Shown here in pieces: positions 20,785-32,568 of a DNA stretch of 64,000 bases. The translations under genes were made by a program, and so were the position numbers. Source of the stretch: an uncultured Nitrospiraceae bacterium. Its GTDB lineage: Bacteria > Nitrospirota > Nitrospiria > Nitrospirales > Nitrospiraceae. The stretch covers positions 96,001 through 160,000 of the forward strand of contig CAVPLT010000001.1 of assembly GCA_963706325.1 (NCBI GenBank), read 5' to 3'. Position 1 is the stretch's first letter. The number at the start of each line of letters is the position of its first letter. Below the pieces are notes generated by a model. The model saw only the letters and a list, made by a program, of their open reading frames with translations. It did not search any database and was not told the origin of the DNA.

Positions 20785-21381
20785 TCATTCTACGGACTGC
20801 CCACGGCGTCGCAGGAGAATGATGACAATAGCGAATGCGACGATGACAAAGCCCGCCCCTACAAGCAGGCTACGATGGAGCAGAGGAGACAGGTATCGCC
20901 ATTCTTCTCCGGTGACATAACCGAGTCCAATAAATGTCCCCGACCACACGAGCGCGCCGGAATAGGCGAACCGAGCAAACACCGAGGAAGGAAGCTGAGA
21001 GGCGCCAGCTATGAGCGCCGCTACATGGCGGACTCCCGGGATAAAATAGGCAATGAGCAGCACATACTTTCCCCATCGCTCCATCCACTGATACGTCTGG
21101 GCCAGATGAGCTGGTTGAATGTGGAGCAAGGGGGCGAATTTGACAACAGCACGAGGGCCCACGATTCGTCCGATTGCATAACTCACACTAATCCCACAGG
21201 CACTGCCGAGAAAGGCAATGGCGAGCGTCGATTCAAGCCTCAGATCTCCCATGAAACTCAGGTAGCCGGCAAACAAGAGAATGGTTTCGTCCGGCACTGG
21301 GAGGCCAATAATCCCGAGCATTAATAGGACAAAAATGGCCAGATAGCCGTATCGCGCAATCCATTCCATCCCCCATTCCAT
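20785..21381 (-). CDS. DedA family membrane protein
   Basis: GLPVPDE..LLFAG, SYAIGR, FIPGVRH motifs. Confidence 0.9.
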   Translation of the reverse strand: MEWGMEWIARYGYLAIFVLLMLGIIGLPVPDETILLFAGYLSFMGDLRLESTLAIAFLGSACGISVSYAIGRIVGPRAVVKFAPLLHIQPAHLAQTYQWMERWGKYVLLIAYFIPGVRHVAALIAGASQLPSSVFARFAYSGALVWSGTFIGLGYVTGEEWRYLSPLLHRSLLVGAGFVIVAFAIVIILLRRRGQSVE

Positions 21382-21490
21382 TCATGCCCCCTTCCACACG
21401 CTGTCGCCCAACACAGCCTGCACCCATGGGCCTGGCCCCTCCTCCGCTCAAAAACCTTAGGGCCAAATGTTCATCTTCGGTCTTCTTTCA

Positions 21491-22423
21491 TCAGGCGATG
21501 CGCGGCTCACTCACGCTGCCATCCGAGCTGATTCGCCCTTTGGCCATCGCCTCGAAGCCGGAAATAACGTCGAACAGCTCCTCGTCGATGCCACTTTGAC
21601 GCAACTGGTGGAAGCGTCTATTGAGGGCCTCCAGCAGTTCGTCGATGTTTTTCTCGGCGCGTTGCATTGCTGCCAGGCGGCTTGCGTTTTCGCTGGCCAG
21701 AGACTCGGCGCACGCCCGGAAGAGCGAGATGAAAAGATATTCGCGGATGAGTGCACGCACAGTCGCGGTGCCGCCGCACATGACCTCGGGGAGGTTCCCG
21801 GTCGGCCAGCGGACTGCGGCCAGACCTTGTTGCCACTGCGCGTCGAGCGGCAACAAGCGCTGGCTGACCGGCTCATAGAGCGCCCCGGCCTGCGGCCGGT
21901 TGTGGAACACATAGACCCGCGCATACTCACCTTTGGCCCGATGCGCTTCACTTTCAATTTGAATTTGCCCGACGAGCGTGGCGATAGCCTTGACGGAATT
22001 CGGCAGGGCGAAGAGTCCCAACAACGGCAGGCCCGCGTCTGCCAGGCGCGCATGAACACGCTCACCGACGGCCCAGACTTGGGGTGTGCCGGGCAGAGCC
22101 GCGAGTGTCTTAATCGCATAATCCGCCACCACGTCATTAAACTGGCCCACCAGCCCTTGATCGGAACCGAACACGATGGCGCCGATCGCACCCGCCTCCC
22201 CTTGTCCTCTCCCTTCCACCATCAAGGCCACTGGGTCGCTTTCCCGAAAGCACGCGCCTAACCCCAGCTCAACAGCCCGATAGTAGTCGGCCAGTGCCTG
22301 CACTGACTTCTCATATTGTCCGAGACTCGAAGCAGCCAAGGCTTTCATCGTGCGGACGACGGACTGAAGATCGCCGGCACTGTTAATCTTGCGGCGCAGG
22401 CTGACCATGCTGTCGCTCATCAC
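21491..22423 (-). CDS. atpG: N-type ATP synthase gamma subunit
   Basis: VVRTMKALAA, SDQGLVGQFN, ASENASRLAAMQRA, LRQSGIDEEL. Confidence 0.95.
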   Translation of the reverse strand: MMSDSMVSLRRKINSAGDLQSVVRTMKALAASSLGQYEKSVQALADYYRAVELGLGACFRESDPVALMVEGRGQGEAGAIGAIVFGSDQGLVGQFNDVVADYAIKTLAALPGTPQVWAVGERVHARLADAGLPLLGLFALPNSVKAIATLVGQIQIESEAHRAKGEYARVYVFHNRPQAGALYEPVSQRLLPLDAQWQQGLAAVRWPTGNLPEVMCGGTATVRALIREYLFISLFRACAESLASENASRLAAMQRAEKNIDELLEALNRRFHQLRQSGIDEELFDVISGFEAMAKGRISSDGSVSEPRIA

Positions 22424-22466
22424 ATCTCCTTAAATGCCGGCTTGAACGCAGTGTTGGATTGGAACC

Positions 22467-22525
22467 GTGCGAGCGATTTCGATATTCCTTCTACGATCCT
22501 GGTCATTTAATTTTGCGGCGGTTTC
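22467..22525 (-). repeat. Diverged duplicate of the atpA 3' end (copy of 25175-25233)
   Basis: Ungapped 59-nt alignment by eye, 47/59 identical; encodes [16 protein letters not shown] versus [16 protein letters not shown]. Confidence 0.85.
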
Positions 22526-22561
22526 AACATCGACGTGATCCTGGTCGTGGGACGCGTCTTT

Positions 22562-25135
22562 TTATCGATGCTCAAATTGCATTGTTTCTTTGTCAGAAAG
22601 AAATATTCCGCCCAGTCGTCGCAGCGTCTCCAACCACAGGCCGACACCGGCCAGCAAGGCGAGACCGGCAACGAGTTCGAGTGCGCCGGCCGGCGCAAAA
22701 CCCATGACCCCACGCAGAAATGGCACGGCTATCACCGCAACGAGCAGCAGTGCCACGGCCGCGAACATGCGCTTGATCCAGGGGTTGTTCGCGGCAAGGC
22801 CCACAATGGCGGACCGGGACAGGTCGCGGTTGGACAGAATCAGCAGGAATATTCCGAGCACCAGACCGATGAACACCGCAACACGGCTTTGCATTTGACT
22901 GGAGCCCTGCCCGACGAGAACCCCGTGCCCCAGCAGAAGGAGCGCCGCCATGCCGGTACCCTGGATGACCGCATAAATCAGATTGGCGGTGGCGAACGGC
23001 GAGGCCGACAGTAGCCGCGGCGGGCGGGTCATGATGTCGGCGGATTCCGGTTCCGCCTCGAACACGATGGAACAGGCTGGGTCAATGAGCAGTTCCAGCA
23101 GCACGATGTGCACCGGCAGCAACAGCACCGGCCAGCGAAGCAGAGCAGGCACCAGGACCAGCCCGATGATGGGCATGTGTACGGCGAAGATGAAGCGCGT
23201 GGCCTTGCTGATGTTGTCATAAATACGACGACCCTGGCGGATGGCGGCGACGATGCTGGCGAAGCTGTCGTCCAGTAACACCAACGCGGCGGATTCCCGG
23301 GCCACATCGGTACCACGCTCGCCCATGGCAATACCGACGTCAGCCGCTTTGAGCGCGGGAGCGTCATTGACGCCGTCCCCGGTCATTCCTACCACTTCGC
23401 CGTCAGCTCTCAGCACCTGCACCAGCCGCAGCTTCTGTTCCGGCTGTAGGCGCGCGCACAAATCCACATGCCGCAATTTCTCACGTAGCGCCGCATCGTT
23501 CAGTGCCGCGATGTCTGACCCGGTGATGATGTCCGGCCGCTCGCTCAAGCCCACCTGGCGAGCGATGGCACGGGCAGTGGCGGGGTGGTCACCGGTCATC
23601 ATGATGATGCGCACCCCCGCTTTCCGACATTCGGCGATGGCCGCCGGCACTTCCGGGCGAGGCGGATCATTGAAACCCACTAGACCGAGAAAGGTGAAGG
23701 TAAAGTCGTGCTGGTTGTGCGGCCAATCACTGCCCTGCCAGTCACCCTTAGCCACTCCCAATACGCGCAGACCGCGCTCGGCCATGGTGGTCACTTGGCG
23801 CTGGATTTCGTCGCGCCCCGCTTGCGGCAGGTGGCACAGATCCGCCACCGCTTCAGGAGCGCCTTTGGTGGCCAGCAGATGGTGTGACGGTTCCGCGCTG
23901 GAGAACACCTGCGTCATCGCCAGGATGTCGGGAGAGAGGTCGTACTGGAACACCGGGGTGCGCCCGTCGTGCACGTGCTCGGTGCCGGTGAGCCAGCGAT
24001 GGCCGATATTTTGAATGGCCTTTTCCATCGGGTCGAAGGGGTCGGCGGGCGTGGCCAGCATGGCAAATTCGGTGAGTTCGTGAAACGCCTCCGGCAGGCT
24101 GCTTGCGCCTGTGTTGCGGAACACCTCGCCTGCGGTGGCCAACTCCGCCACCTCCATGCGGTTTCGCGTCAACGTCCCGGTCTTGTCCACCGCCAGCACG
24201 GTGATGGCGCCCAGCGCTTCAACCGCCGACACGCGGCGGGTGAGCACCTTTTGCTTCGCAATGCGCCAGGCACCCAGCGCCAGAAACACGGTGAGGATAA
24301 CCGGAATCTCCTCGGGCAGAATGGCCATGGCGAGCGCGATGCCGGACAGCAGGCTCTCGAAGAACGTACGACCGTCCCACAGCCAGCCGAGTAGTATTTG
24401 CGCGCTCGCAAGCAACAGCCCCGCCACCGTCAGATTACGGATCAGCTTGCGCGAAGACTGTCGCAGACCGGAAGGCGCTTCCTTCGTTGCCGCCAGGGCC
24501 TGCCCGATGCGGCCCACGGCGGTCATAGCGCCGATGGCGCGCACTTCTGCGAGCCCCACCCCCTTGGTCACTACCGTGCTGGCGAACAAAAACGGTGTAC
24601 CGTCGCCGCCGGGCTGACCGAATACGGCATCCGCCACGTCGGGCGACTTCGCTACCGGCACCGCCTCGCCGGTGAGCAGGGATTCGTCCACGGCAAGCTG
24701 CCCCTCCAGCAGCAGGGCGTCTGCCGGAATGCGATCGCCTTCGTGTAGCACCACCATATCCCCGCGCGCCACTGCCCCACTCGAAATGCGCATCTCCTGA
24801 CCGTCACGAATCACCAACGCGCGCGGAGCGGACAGATCGCGCAGCGACTCGAGCGCGCGCTGCGTCTTGCGCTCCTGGGCCAGGGTGATGCCGATGACAA
24901 CACCTACGAAGCCGAGCAGGAACAACGCCTCGGCGCGATCGCCCAGCGCGAGGTAGATACCGCCCGCCCCCAACAGCATGAGGAACATGGGTTCGGTCAA
25001 CACGTCGAGCACCATGGCGTACATCGACTTCGGCCGACCGCTGGGCAGGAGGTTCGGGCCCTCGGCGACCAGACGTCGGGCCGCTTCAGCGGCAGTCAGG
25101 CCCGACACCGATTTGTTGAGCCCCCTCATGACCAT
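22562..25135 (-). CDS. P-type cation-transporting ATPase (P2-like) inside the N-ATPase operon
   Basis: [32 protein letters not shown]4 motif PEEIP; ATG 25129 overlaps the atpA stop. Confidence 0.93.
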   Translation of the reverse strand: MVMRGLNKSVSGLTAAEAARRLVAEGPNLLPSGRPKSMYAMVLDVLTEPMFLMLLGAGGIYLALGDRAEALFLLGFVGVVIGITLAQERKTQRALESLRDLSAPRALVIRDGQEMRISSGAVARGDMVVLHEGDRIPADALLLEGQLAVDESLLTGEAVPVAKSPDVADAVFGQPGGDGTPFLFASTVVTKGVGLAEVRAIGAMTAVGRIGQALAATKEAPSGLRQSSRKLIRNLTVAGLLLASAQILLGWLWDGRTFFESLLSGIALAMAILPEEIPVILTVFLALGAWRIAKQKVLTRRVSAVEALGAITVLAVDKTGTLTRNRMEVAELATAGEVFRNTGASSLPEAFHELTEFAMLATPADPFDPMEKAIQNIGHRWLTGTEHVHDGRTPVFQYDLSPDILAMTQVFSSAEPSHHLLATKGAPEAVADLCHLPQAGRDEIQRQVTTMAERGLRVLGVAKGDWQGSDWPHNQHDFTFTFLGLVGFNDPPRPEVPAAIAECRKAGVRIIMMTGDHPATARAIARQVGLSERPDIITGSDIAALNDAALREKLRHVDLCARLQPEQKLRLVQVLRADGEVVGMTGDGVNDAPALKAADVGIAMGERGTDVARESAALVLLDDSFASIVAAIRQGRRIYDNISKATRFIFAVHMPIIGLVLVPALLRWPVLLLPVHIVLLELLIDPACSIVFEAEPESADIMTRPPRLLSASPFATANLIYAVIQGTGMAALLLLGHGVLVGQGSSQMQSRVAVFIGLVLGIFLLILSNRDLSRSAIVGLAANNPWIKRMFAAVALLLVAVIAVPFLRGVMGFAPAGALELVAGLALLAGVGLWLETLRRLGGIFLSDKETMQFEHR

Positions 25136-26679
25136 TCCTTGCGTGCCAGCTTGGGTTGGACACGCGCGAGCGATGTGCGAGCGAGTTCGACTACCATGGT
25201 GCGATCCTCGTCATTCAATTTCGCGGCGGTTTCGAATCGGGCGCACACCTCCGCGGGGATGTGAGCCGCCGCCTCCTGCACCGCGTGCTCGGCGTTCGTC
25301 ATCTGGTCAAGCGGTACGGCATCGAAAAGTTTTTCGGTCAACGCCAGCAGCAAGATAATTTGGGCGGGCACGGACACCGGGGTGAATTCCGGTTGCTTGA
25401 GACAGGCGCGGATTCGCCGCCCATGTTCGATGATCTTGCGGGTGTCGTCATCCAGCCGGGCACCGAACCGGGCAAAGGTTTCCAGTTCCTCAAACTGCGC
25501 ATAGGCCAGCTTGAGGTCTCCCGCCACGGCGCGGTAGGCCGCCCGTTGTGCTTTGCCCCCCACGCGGGAAACGGATTTGCCGACATCGACCGCGGGCAAC
25601 ACTCCCAATTCGAACAGGGAGGGCGAGAGATAGATCTGGCCATCCGTGATGGAAATCAGGTTGGTCGGAATGTAGGCGGAAATGTTTTGCGCTTCGGTTT
25701 CGATGATGGGCAGCGCAGTCAACGATCCGCTGCCGAGCTCCGGCCGTAAATGCGTGGCGCGCTCCAGCAGCCGCGAGTGGATGTAAAAGATGTCGCCGGG
25801 AAATGCTTCGCGGCCTGGCGGGCGGCGCAATAGCAAGGACAGCTCACGATAGGCGCGGGCGTGATGCGTGAGGTCGTCATAGACAATCAGCACATCGCGC
25901 CCCTGGTCCATGAAATACTCCGCAATGCTGGTCGCGGCGTATGGCGCGATGTATGCCAGACCCGGCGGGTCATTGCCTTCAGTCACGACGACGACGCTGT
26001 AGTCCATCGCGCCCTGTTCGCGGAGGGCGGCCACGACCTTGGCGACGCCCGAGGCGCGCTGTCCAATGGCGCAATACACGCACAGCACATTCTGGCCGCG
26101 CTGGTTGAGAATCGTGTCGAGGGCAATGGCGGTCTTGCCCGTCTGCCGATCACCCAGAATCAACTCGCGCTGGCCGCGTCCAATGGGAATGAGGGCGTCG
26201 ATGACTTTGATGCCGGTTTGCAACGGCACCGCGACGGGTGCACGATTCATGATGGGCGGTGCCGGACGTTCGATGGCCCGGCGCTCACTGGAGACCACCG
26301 GCCCATGGCCATCGAGGGGCCGTCCCAATGGGTTGATGACTCGCCCGATCAACCCGTCGGACACCGGGACATCCATGACATGTCCCCTGCGCTCGACCTC
26401 ATCACCCGCATGCAACTGCCAGTAGTCGCCAAGGAGCACGACGCCGATTTCGTCTTCATCGACGTTGAATGCGATGCCATACATGTCACCGGGAAACTTC
26501 AGCACCTCCTCAAACCCCACCCCGGGGAGACCCGACACCTTGGCGATGCCGGTGGCCAGGCTAGTGATCGTCCCCCTCTCCCGTAGCGTCAGTTGCGGTG
26601 CGAAGGCTTCTCGCACATGGCTTATTCCAGCAAACGCGCGGTCGAACACGTTCTGGAGGCTGTCAGGTTCCCTAATCAT
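25126..26679 (-). CDS. atpA: N-type ATP synthase alpha subunit
   Basis: [40 protein letters not shown]. Confidence 0.97.
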   Translation of the reverse strand: MIREPDSLQNVFDRAFAGISHVREAFAPQLTLRERGTITSLATGIAKVSGLPGVGFEEVLKFPGDMYGIAFNVDEDEIGVVLLGDYWQLHAGDEVERRGHVMDVPVSDGLIGRVINPLGRPLDGHGPVVSSERRAIERPAPPIMNRAPVAVPLQTGIKVIDALIPIGRGQRELILGDRQTGKTAIALDTILNQRGQNVLCVYCAIGQRASGVAKVVAALREQGAMDYSVVVVTEGNDPPGLAYIAPYAATSIAEYFMDQGRDVLIVYDDLTHHARAYRELSLLLRRPPGREAFPGDIFYIHSRLLERATHLRPELGSGSLTALPIIETEAQNISAYIPTNLISITDGQIYLSPSLFELGVLPAVDVGKSVSRVGGKAQRAAYRAVAGDLKLAYAQFEELETFARFGARLDDDTRKIIEHGRRIRACLKQPEFTPVSVPAQIILLLALTEKLFDAVPLDQMTNAEHAVQEAAAHIPAEVCARFETAAKLNDEDRTMVVELARTSLARVQPKLARKEWS

Positions 26680-27506
26680 TGGCTCTTCGTTTCACGCTTC
26701 GGTTCGGCGTGAACCTCGGGTTTAGGCTCGACTTTGGCATCAAGTTTGTTCTTCTCTTTGAGAAGATTGTCGACGCTTCTTTCCAGTGCCGCCAAATAAT
26801 CCGCGATGCTCCACCCCATCTTGTGTCCATTGGTGGTGAGTTCGATCCCACTGACCAGGTCCGGCGCGGTCTCGAACTGAACGCGGGTTTCAGTCGAGAA
26901 GATTTCGTTGAGCGCTTTGTGTATCGCCGCGCGTTGCTCCGCAGGCAGGTCAAACGTGCTGCGCAGGAGCGCGGGGCCAGACGATGTCTTAAGGGCATCG
27001 GCGAGTCCTTCTTTCGCCTGCCCATCCATCTCCCGCAAGCGTCGAATGAACACCTCGCTCAGGCGTTCCTCCAGGCTCGTCGTGGCAAGGTCCGCCAACG
27101 TCTTTCGCGTGATGGCAAAGACTTCCTCCCGTGTCCGACGGGTGAGTTCGGCTCTCAAGCTCAGGTGTTCGGTTCTCAACGCCTCTTGCCACCTGGTACG
27201 CTCCGTGTCCGACTCCTTCCGCGCCTCGTCGAGGAGCCGCTGACGTTCGGCTCTTGCCTCATCCGCCGCTTTGTTCAACAGTTCGGCGCGCTGCTGGCCG
27301 AGCTCCTCATTCTTGTGCTGGAACTCGTCGCGCTCCTTTTGGGCTGCGGTCTTTTTTGCATTCGCGTCCGCCAGTGCCACGGCGATCCGCCTCTCCCGCT
27401 CATCGATGGCGTGAAGGATCGGCTTGTACAGAAAGCGCTTCATCAGCCATACCAGGATGAGAAAGTTGAGCGCCTGCGCCCCGACGGTGAACCAATCGAT
27501 GATCAT
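26676..27506 (-). CDS. atpF: N-type ATP synthase b subunit (extended form)
   Basis: [14 protein letters not shown]-terminus, TM plus coiled coil, long C-terminal domain (GIEL...WSIADYL). Confidence 0.92.
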   Translation of the reverse strand: MIIDWFTVGAQALNFLILVWLMKRFLYKPILHAIDERERRIAVALADANAKKTAAQKERDEFQHKNEELGQQRAELLNKAADEARAERQRLLDEARKESDTERTRWQEALRTEHLSLRAELTRRTREEVFAITRKTLADLATTSLEERLSEVFIRRLREMDGQAKEGLADALKTSSGPALLRSTFDLPAEQRAAIHKALNEIFSTETRVQFETAPDLVSGIELTTNGHKMGWSIADYLAALERSVDNLLKEKNKLDAKVEPKPEVHAEPKRETKSQ

Positions 27507-27509
27507 GGA

Positions 27510-27791
27510 TTACTTTCCCGCGGCTTGGGCGATGACATGATTCCAGAATGGGTTCGCGAAGATCAGAATCATCGAGACCACGAAACAGTAAATGGCTGTC
27601 GACTCGATCATCGCCAGACCGACAAACAGGGTGCGGGTAATGGTGGCGGAGGCGTCAGGCTGCTGCGCGAGCGAACTCAGCGCCGTCGCGACCGCCCTCC
27701 CTTCCGCCAGCGCAGGCCCCATCGTGCCGAAACCGGTGGTGATGCCGGCAATGGCGATGGATGCCACCGCGATAATAGTCATGCTATCCAT
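27510..27791 (-). CDS. atpE: N-type ATP synthase c subunit
   Basis: Helical hairpin, AQQPD loop, PALAEG and IESTAIY ion-binding motifs. Confidence 0.96.
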   Translation of the reverse strand: MDSMTIIAVASIAIAGITTGFGTMGPALAEGRAVATALSSLAQQPDASATITRTLFVGLAMIESTAIYCFVVSMILIFANPFWNHVIAQAAGK

Positions 27792-27815
27792 AGGATCTCC
27801 TTTTGGTCTCGCACT

Positions 27816-28517
27816 TCATGCGTTAAGGTTTTCGTCGGGATCAGGCGTTGGCTTGCGGATTCGCGTGGCGGCAGCGATGTACACTGCTGCCAGAATGCTG
27901 AAAATGTAGGCCTGCACCATGCCGGTGAGCAGACCGAGTGTAGTCATGACGATTGGAAAGACGAAAGGGGTGATGGTGAGCAGGATACCGATAATCATCG
28001 CCCCGCTCATCATGTTGCCGAACAGGCGAACGGCCAATGCCAACGTGCGCGAAAGTTCGCTGATGATGTTGAACGGCAGCATGATGACCGTCGGCTCCAC
28101 ATAGGACTTGAGGTAGTTGGTCATCCCCTGTTCCTCAATGCCGAAGACCGGCACCGCCACAAACACGCAGAGCGCGAGTGCCGCCGTGGTCGAGAGAGAA
28201 CCAGTCGGCGGCTCATAGCCGGGGATGACGGTGCAGAGACTGGCCGTGGCCACGAACAAAAAGAGTGTACCTAGAAAGCCGAGATATTTCTCCGGATGAT
28301 GCAGGCCCACGTCTTCGGTTTGCTTCTTGATCGTGGTGACGATGATTTCCAAGACATTCTGCCAGCGGGAACGTGTCAGCCCCGTGGACAATCTGCGCGT
28401 GATGAGTCGTGAACCGACGGCCAACATGAGCATCAGCCCCCACGTGAACACAATGGTGCCGTTGAGCTTGAGAAATCCCTGTTGCCAGAAAATCATCTCG
28501 TCTGGGCTAAGACGCAT
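27816..28517 (-). CDS. atpB: N-type ATP synthase a subunit
   Basis: LAVRLFGN essential Arg motif, QAYIF. Confidence 0.95.
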   Translation of the reverse strand: MRLSPDEMIFWQQGFLKLNGTIVFTWGLMLMLAVGSRLITRRLSTGLTRSRWQNVLEIIVTTIKKQTEDVGLHHPEKYLGFLGTLFLFVATASLCTVIPGYEPPTGSLSTTAALALCVFVAVPVFGIEEQGMTNYLKSYVEPTVIMLPFNIISELSRTLALAVRLFGNMMSGAMIIGILLTITPFVFPIVMTTLGLLTGMVQAYIFSILAAVYIAAATRIRKPTPDPDENLNA

Positions 28518-28818
28518 CCCCGGCCTCCTGTCTCAGAGGGACTGGCTTTTCCGGCAGTCGAGTGAGTCGCGTGACGATCAGACGCGCAATGGCAAATCCG
28601 CAGAGGCATATCAGCAGCCGGTCCCAATGTCCGCCGGAAACCACATACAACCCACTCATCGCAATGCTCATCCGCAGCAGCAGGCTGCCCAAAAACCACC
28701 ACGCCGGTCGTTGGGACGAGACGCCGATGCGAACCGTCCACCACAGGCCACCGAAGAACATCAGTCCAAGCACCATGCCTGCCACCAGCGCCGGCACCAG
28801 ACTCAAGATTTCAATCAT
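28507..28818 (-). CDS. atpR: N-ATPase AtpR subunit
   Basis: FFGGLWWTV, SLLLR, GFAIAR; position between atpQ and atpB; start ATG 28818. Confidence 0.85.
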   Translation of the reverse strand: MIEILSLVPALVAGMVLGLMFFGGLWWTVRIGVSSQRPAWWFLGSLLLRMSIAMSGLYVVSGGHWDRLLICLCGFAIARLIVTRLTRLPEKPVPLRQEAGDAS

Positions 28819-29149
28819 CGTGATTCTCCTGTTCCGCGCGTATTTCCTTGTCTTCCTTGGCGACCCAATGCCACGCATTCACACAGCCGATGATCAGACC
28901 GATGAAAAGCAGCGTGAGCGTCCAGGAATGCGGTCTGGGATAGTGTTTGTCCAGCCAGATACCGAGTGCCGCGCCGAGCAGCGTCGGAACGACCACCGAC
29001 CAGCCGATCAGCCCCATCATACCCAGGCCAAACCAGATGGTCCGAGAAGTGTGACGTTGGGCCTTGAGTTTGCGCGCCGCTTTCGCGCCGACTTGCCGGG
29101 CCAAAGTCGACCCGTGTTTCGAGGTGTTCCTGGGTGGCTCGTCAGTCAT
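28811..29149 (-). CDS. atpQ: N-ATPase AtpQ (AtpI/AtpZ-like) subunit
   Basis: GLGMMGLIGWSVVVPTLLG..LG.WLD, NAWHW. Confidence 0.85.
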   Translation of the reverse strand: MTDEPPRNTSKHGSTLARQVGAKAARKLKAQRHTSRTIWFGLGMMGLIGWSVVVPTLLGAALGIWLDKHYPRPHSWTLTLLFIGLIIGCVNAWHWVAKEDKEIRAEQENHDD

Positions 29150-29546
29150 GTCGAAAAGTCGCGAAGCGACGCAGAAATCCGGTTTCCAATTTGGCCATGA
29201 CCGAGCGCACGCTTTGCTCCCGCTCGTCGAGGGTCAGAAACTCCTGCTCCACTGACTCGCGCAATTGGCCAAGGTCCGTTCCGCCCATCGCCCGCCGCAC
29301 GGAAACGAGTACGTCCCGGCCGGTCTTGACCAGCACTCCTTCATCCACGGCCACATACATCTCGCCCTCGGCTTCGGTTTCGTAGATCAGAATCCCGGGC
29401 GCGAGCGCCGCGACGCAGTCGAGTCGGTGTGGCAAGAGTCCAAACGAGCCCTCGCGCGTCTCGGCCACAATGCGCAACACGTCGGTTTTCTCGGCGAAGG
29501 TTTGGAAGGGCAGCAGCACCTTTAGATGCATGAGTGTCGTTGGCAT
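29142..29546 (-). CDS. atpC: N-type ATP synthase epsilon subunit
   Basis: GSFGLLPHRLD, AVDEGVLVK; follows atpD. Confidence 0.92.
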   Translation of the reverse strand: MPTTLMHLKVLLPFQTFAEKTDVLRIVAETREGSFGLLPHRLDCVAALAPGILIYETEAEGEMYVAVDEGVLVKTGRDVLVSVRRAMGGTDLGQLRESVEQEFLTLDEREQSVRSVMAKLETGFLRRFATFRHD

Positions 29547-29560
29547 GCTCGCCCCCCCCG

Positions 29561-31303
<1,743 letters not shown>

Positions 31304-31339
31304 TTAATTCTTTCGGCCATGTTAGCCACGATGTATGCG

Positions 31340-32370
31340 CCTGTTTATGGACGGGGTTCTTTTTTTCGAATCTCCCGCTCCGCCTCTTCCAGTCCGCAAC
31401 TGCTCGACCGTTCTGGCGGCCCAGCTGATCATACAGTTTATAGACACGCTTGGCGATCTACGGGATTACATCGACTGATTTCTTGGCCACGGCCTGGGAC
31501 GAGCCGTTTGACCATTGCGACTTCGCACAGGCGAACATAGCGAACGTCTGCACGCAGAGGCAGGGCATGATTCCAGGAATACCCAGGATAGTGCCCGTGA
31601 GCGCTTCCGCCACAAAGCTAACTGGAAGGTCTTGCTAAGTACCGTCGCCCAGGACTAGCGGCTCTCGCGAGCGGACATGATGATGAGGTCTTTGATGTTC
31701 CAGGTCTCCGGTTTCTTGGACCATCGAACCTGGTCGGTGGCGAGGAAGACTTTCGCGAAATCTGTCATGAAGACCAGCAGGAGCATCGCAAGGCAGAAAC
31801 ACGAACTTGCCGGTCACCACGAAGGCCGCCCTCAGAATTGTTCGGCTGATCTTGTTGATGATCCACGTCAGAATGCGCTGGTTGATCGCCCGTCCTTGCT
31901 CGACCAACGCGACGATGTTCGTCCACCCGGGTTCGGTCAGGAGGGCACTCGGGATGCCCTTGGCCAAATCGGTCGAGGTGCTGACGGCGATGCCCACTTC
32001 AGCTGACGCTATGCGGACGCGTCGTTGACGCCGTCACCTATCATGCCGGTCATGTGCCCCGCGGCCTGCAGATGCTGCACCACGATGTACTTGTCCTCCG
32101 GATAGACTTCGGCAATACCCTCGGCACCCGCCAATAAGTCGACCGCCTCTTTACCGGCCTGAACACTCGCAGCCTTCAGGTCCGTCACGCGCCGGATGTT
32201 GGACAACCCAACCCCCTGCGCGACTTCACTCGCGACCGCCAGCGCATCGCTGGTGAGCATCTTCACCGGAACACCAAGATCGTGGAGTGTGGCGATGAGT
32301 TGCTTGGCGTCCGGTTGAGGCGGATCATACAAGGTCACCAATCCAACCAATGCAGGGGAGCCTCTCTCGG
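31340..32370 (-). pseudogene. Decayed P3A-type (plasma-membrane H+-efflux) P-type ATPase with DUF2934-like tail
   Basis: YDPP, AEVYPEDK, GDGVND followed by a stop, QRILTWIINKISRT, frameshifts, tail IAKRVYKLYDQLGRQ..DW; N-terminal half missing. Confidence 0.8.
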
Positions 32371-32430
32371 GGCCGCGATCGAACATGATGATCTCATAGT
32401 CCTCGCACAGCCGTCGCGCTCTCGCGGCAG
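32369..32430 (-). pseudogene. Remnant of CoA-disulfide reductase/pyridine nucleotide-disulfide oxidoreductase N-terminus
   Basis: AARARRLCEDYEIIMFDRGP resembles the AARARRL.E.AEI..FERG segment after the FAD-binding loop of this family. Confidence 0.55.
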
Positions 32431-32568
32431 CAATGGCCAACCATCGAATGCATCAGTCAGGATTCCCCTTGTTACGCCCCTTCCTTGCCGCCGCGTACTC
32501 GCTTCTGATGACGCACCATCAGACCTGGTCGACGTCCACGGCAATCGCCCACAGCATCGGCCGCCCTT

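Noticed and set aside
26679..28274. 531-aa plus-strand ORF
   Set aside because: Antisense shadow of atpB/atpE/atpF in GC-rich DNA; no motifs
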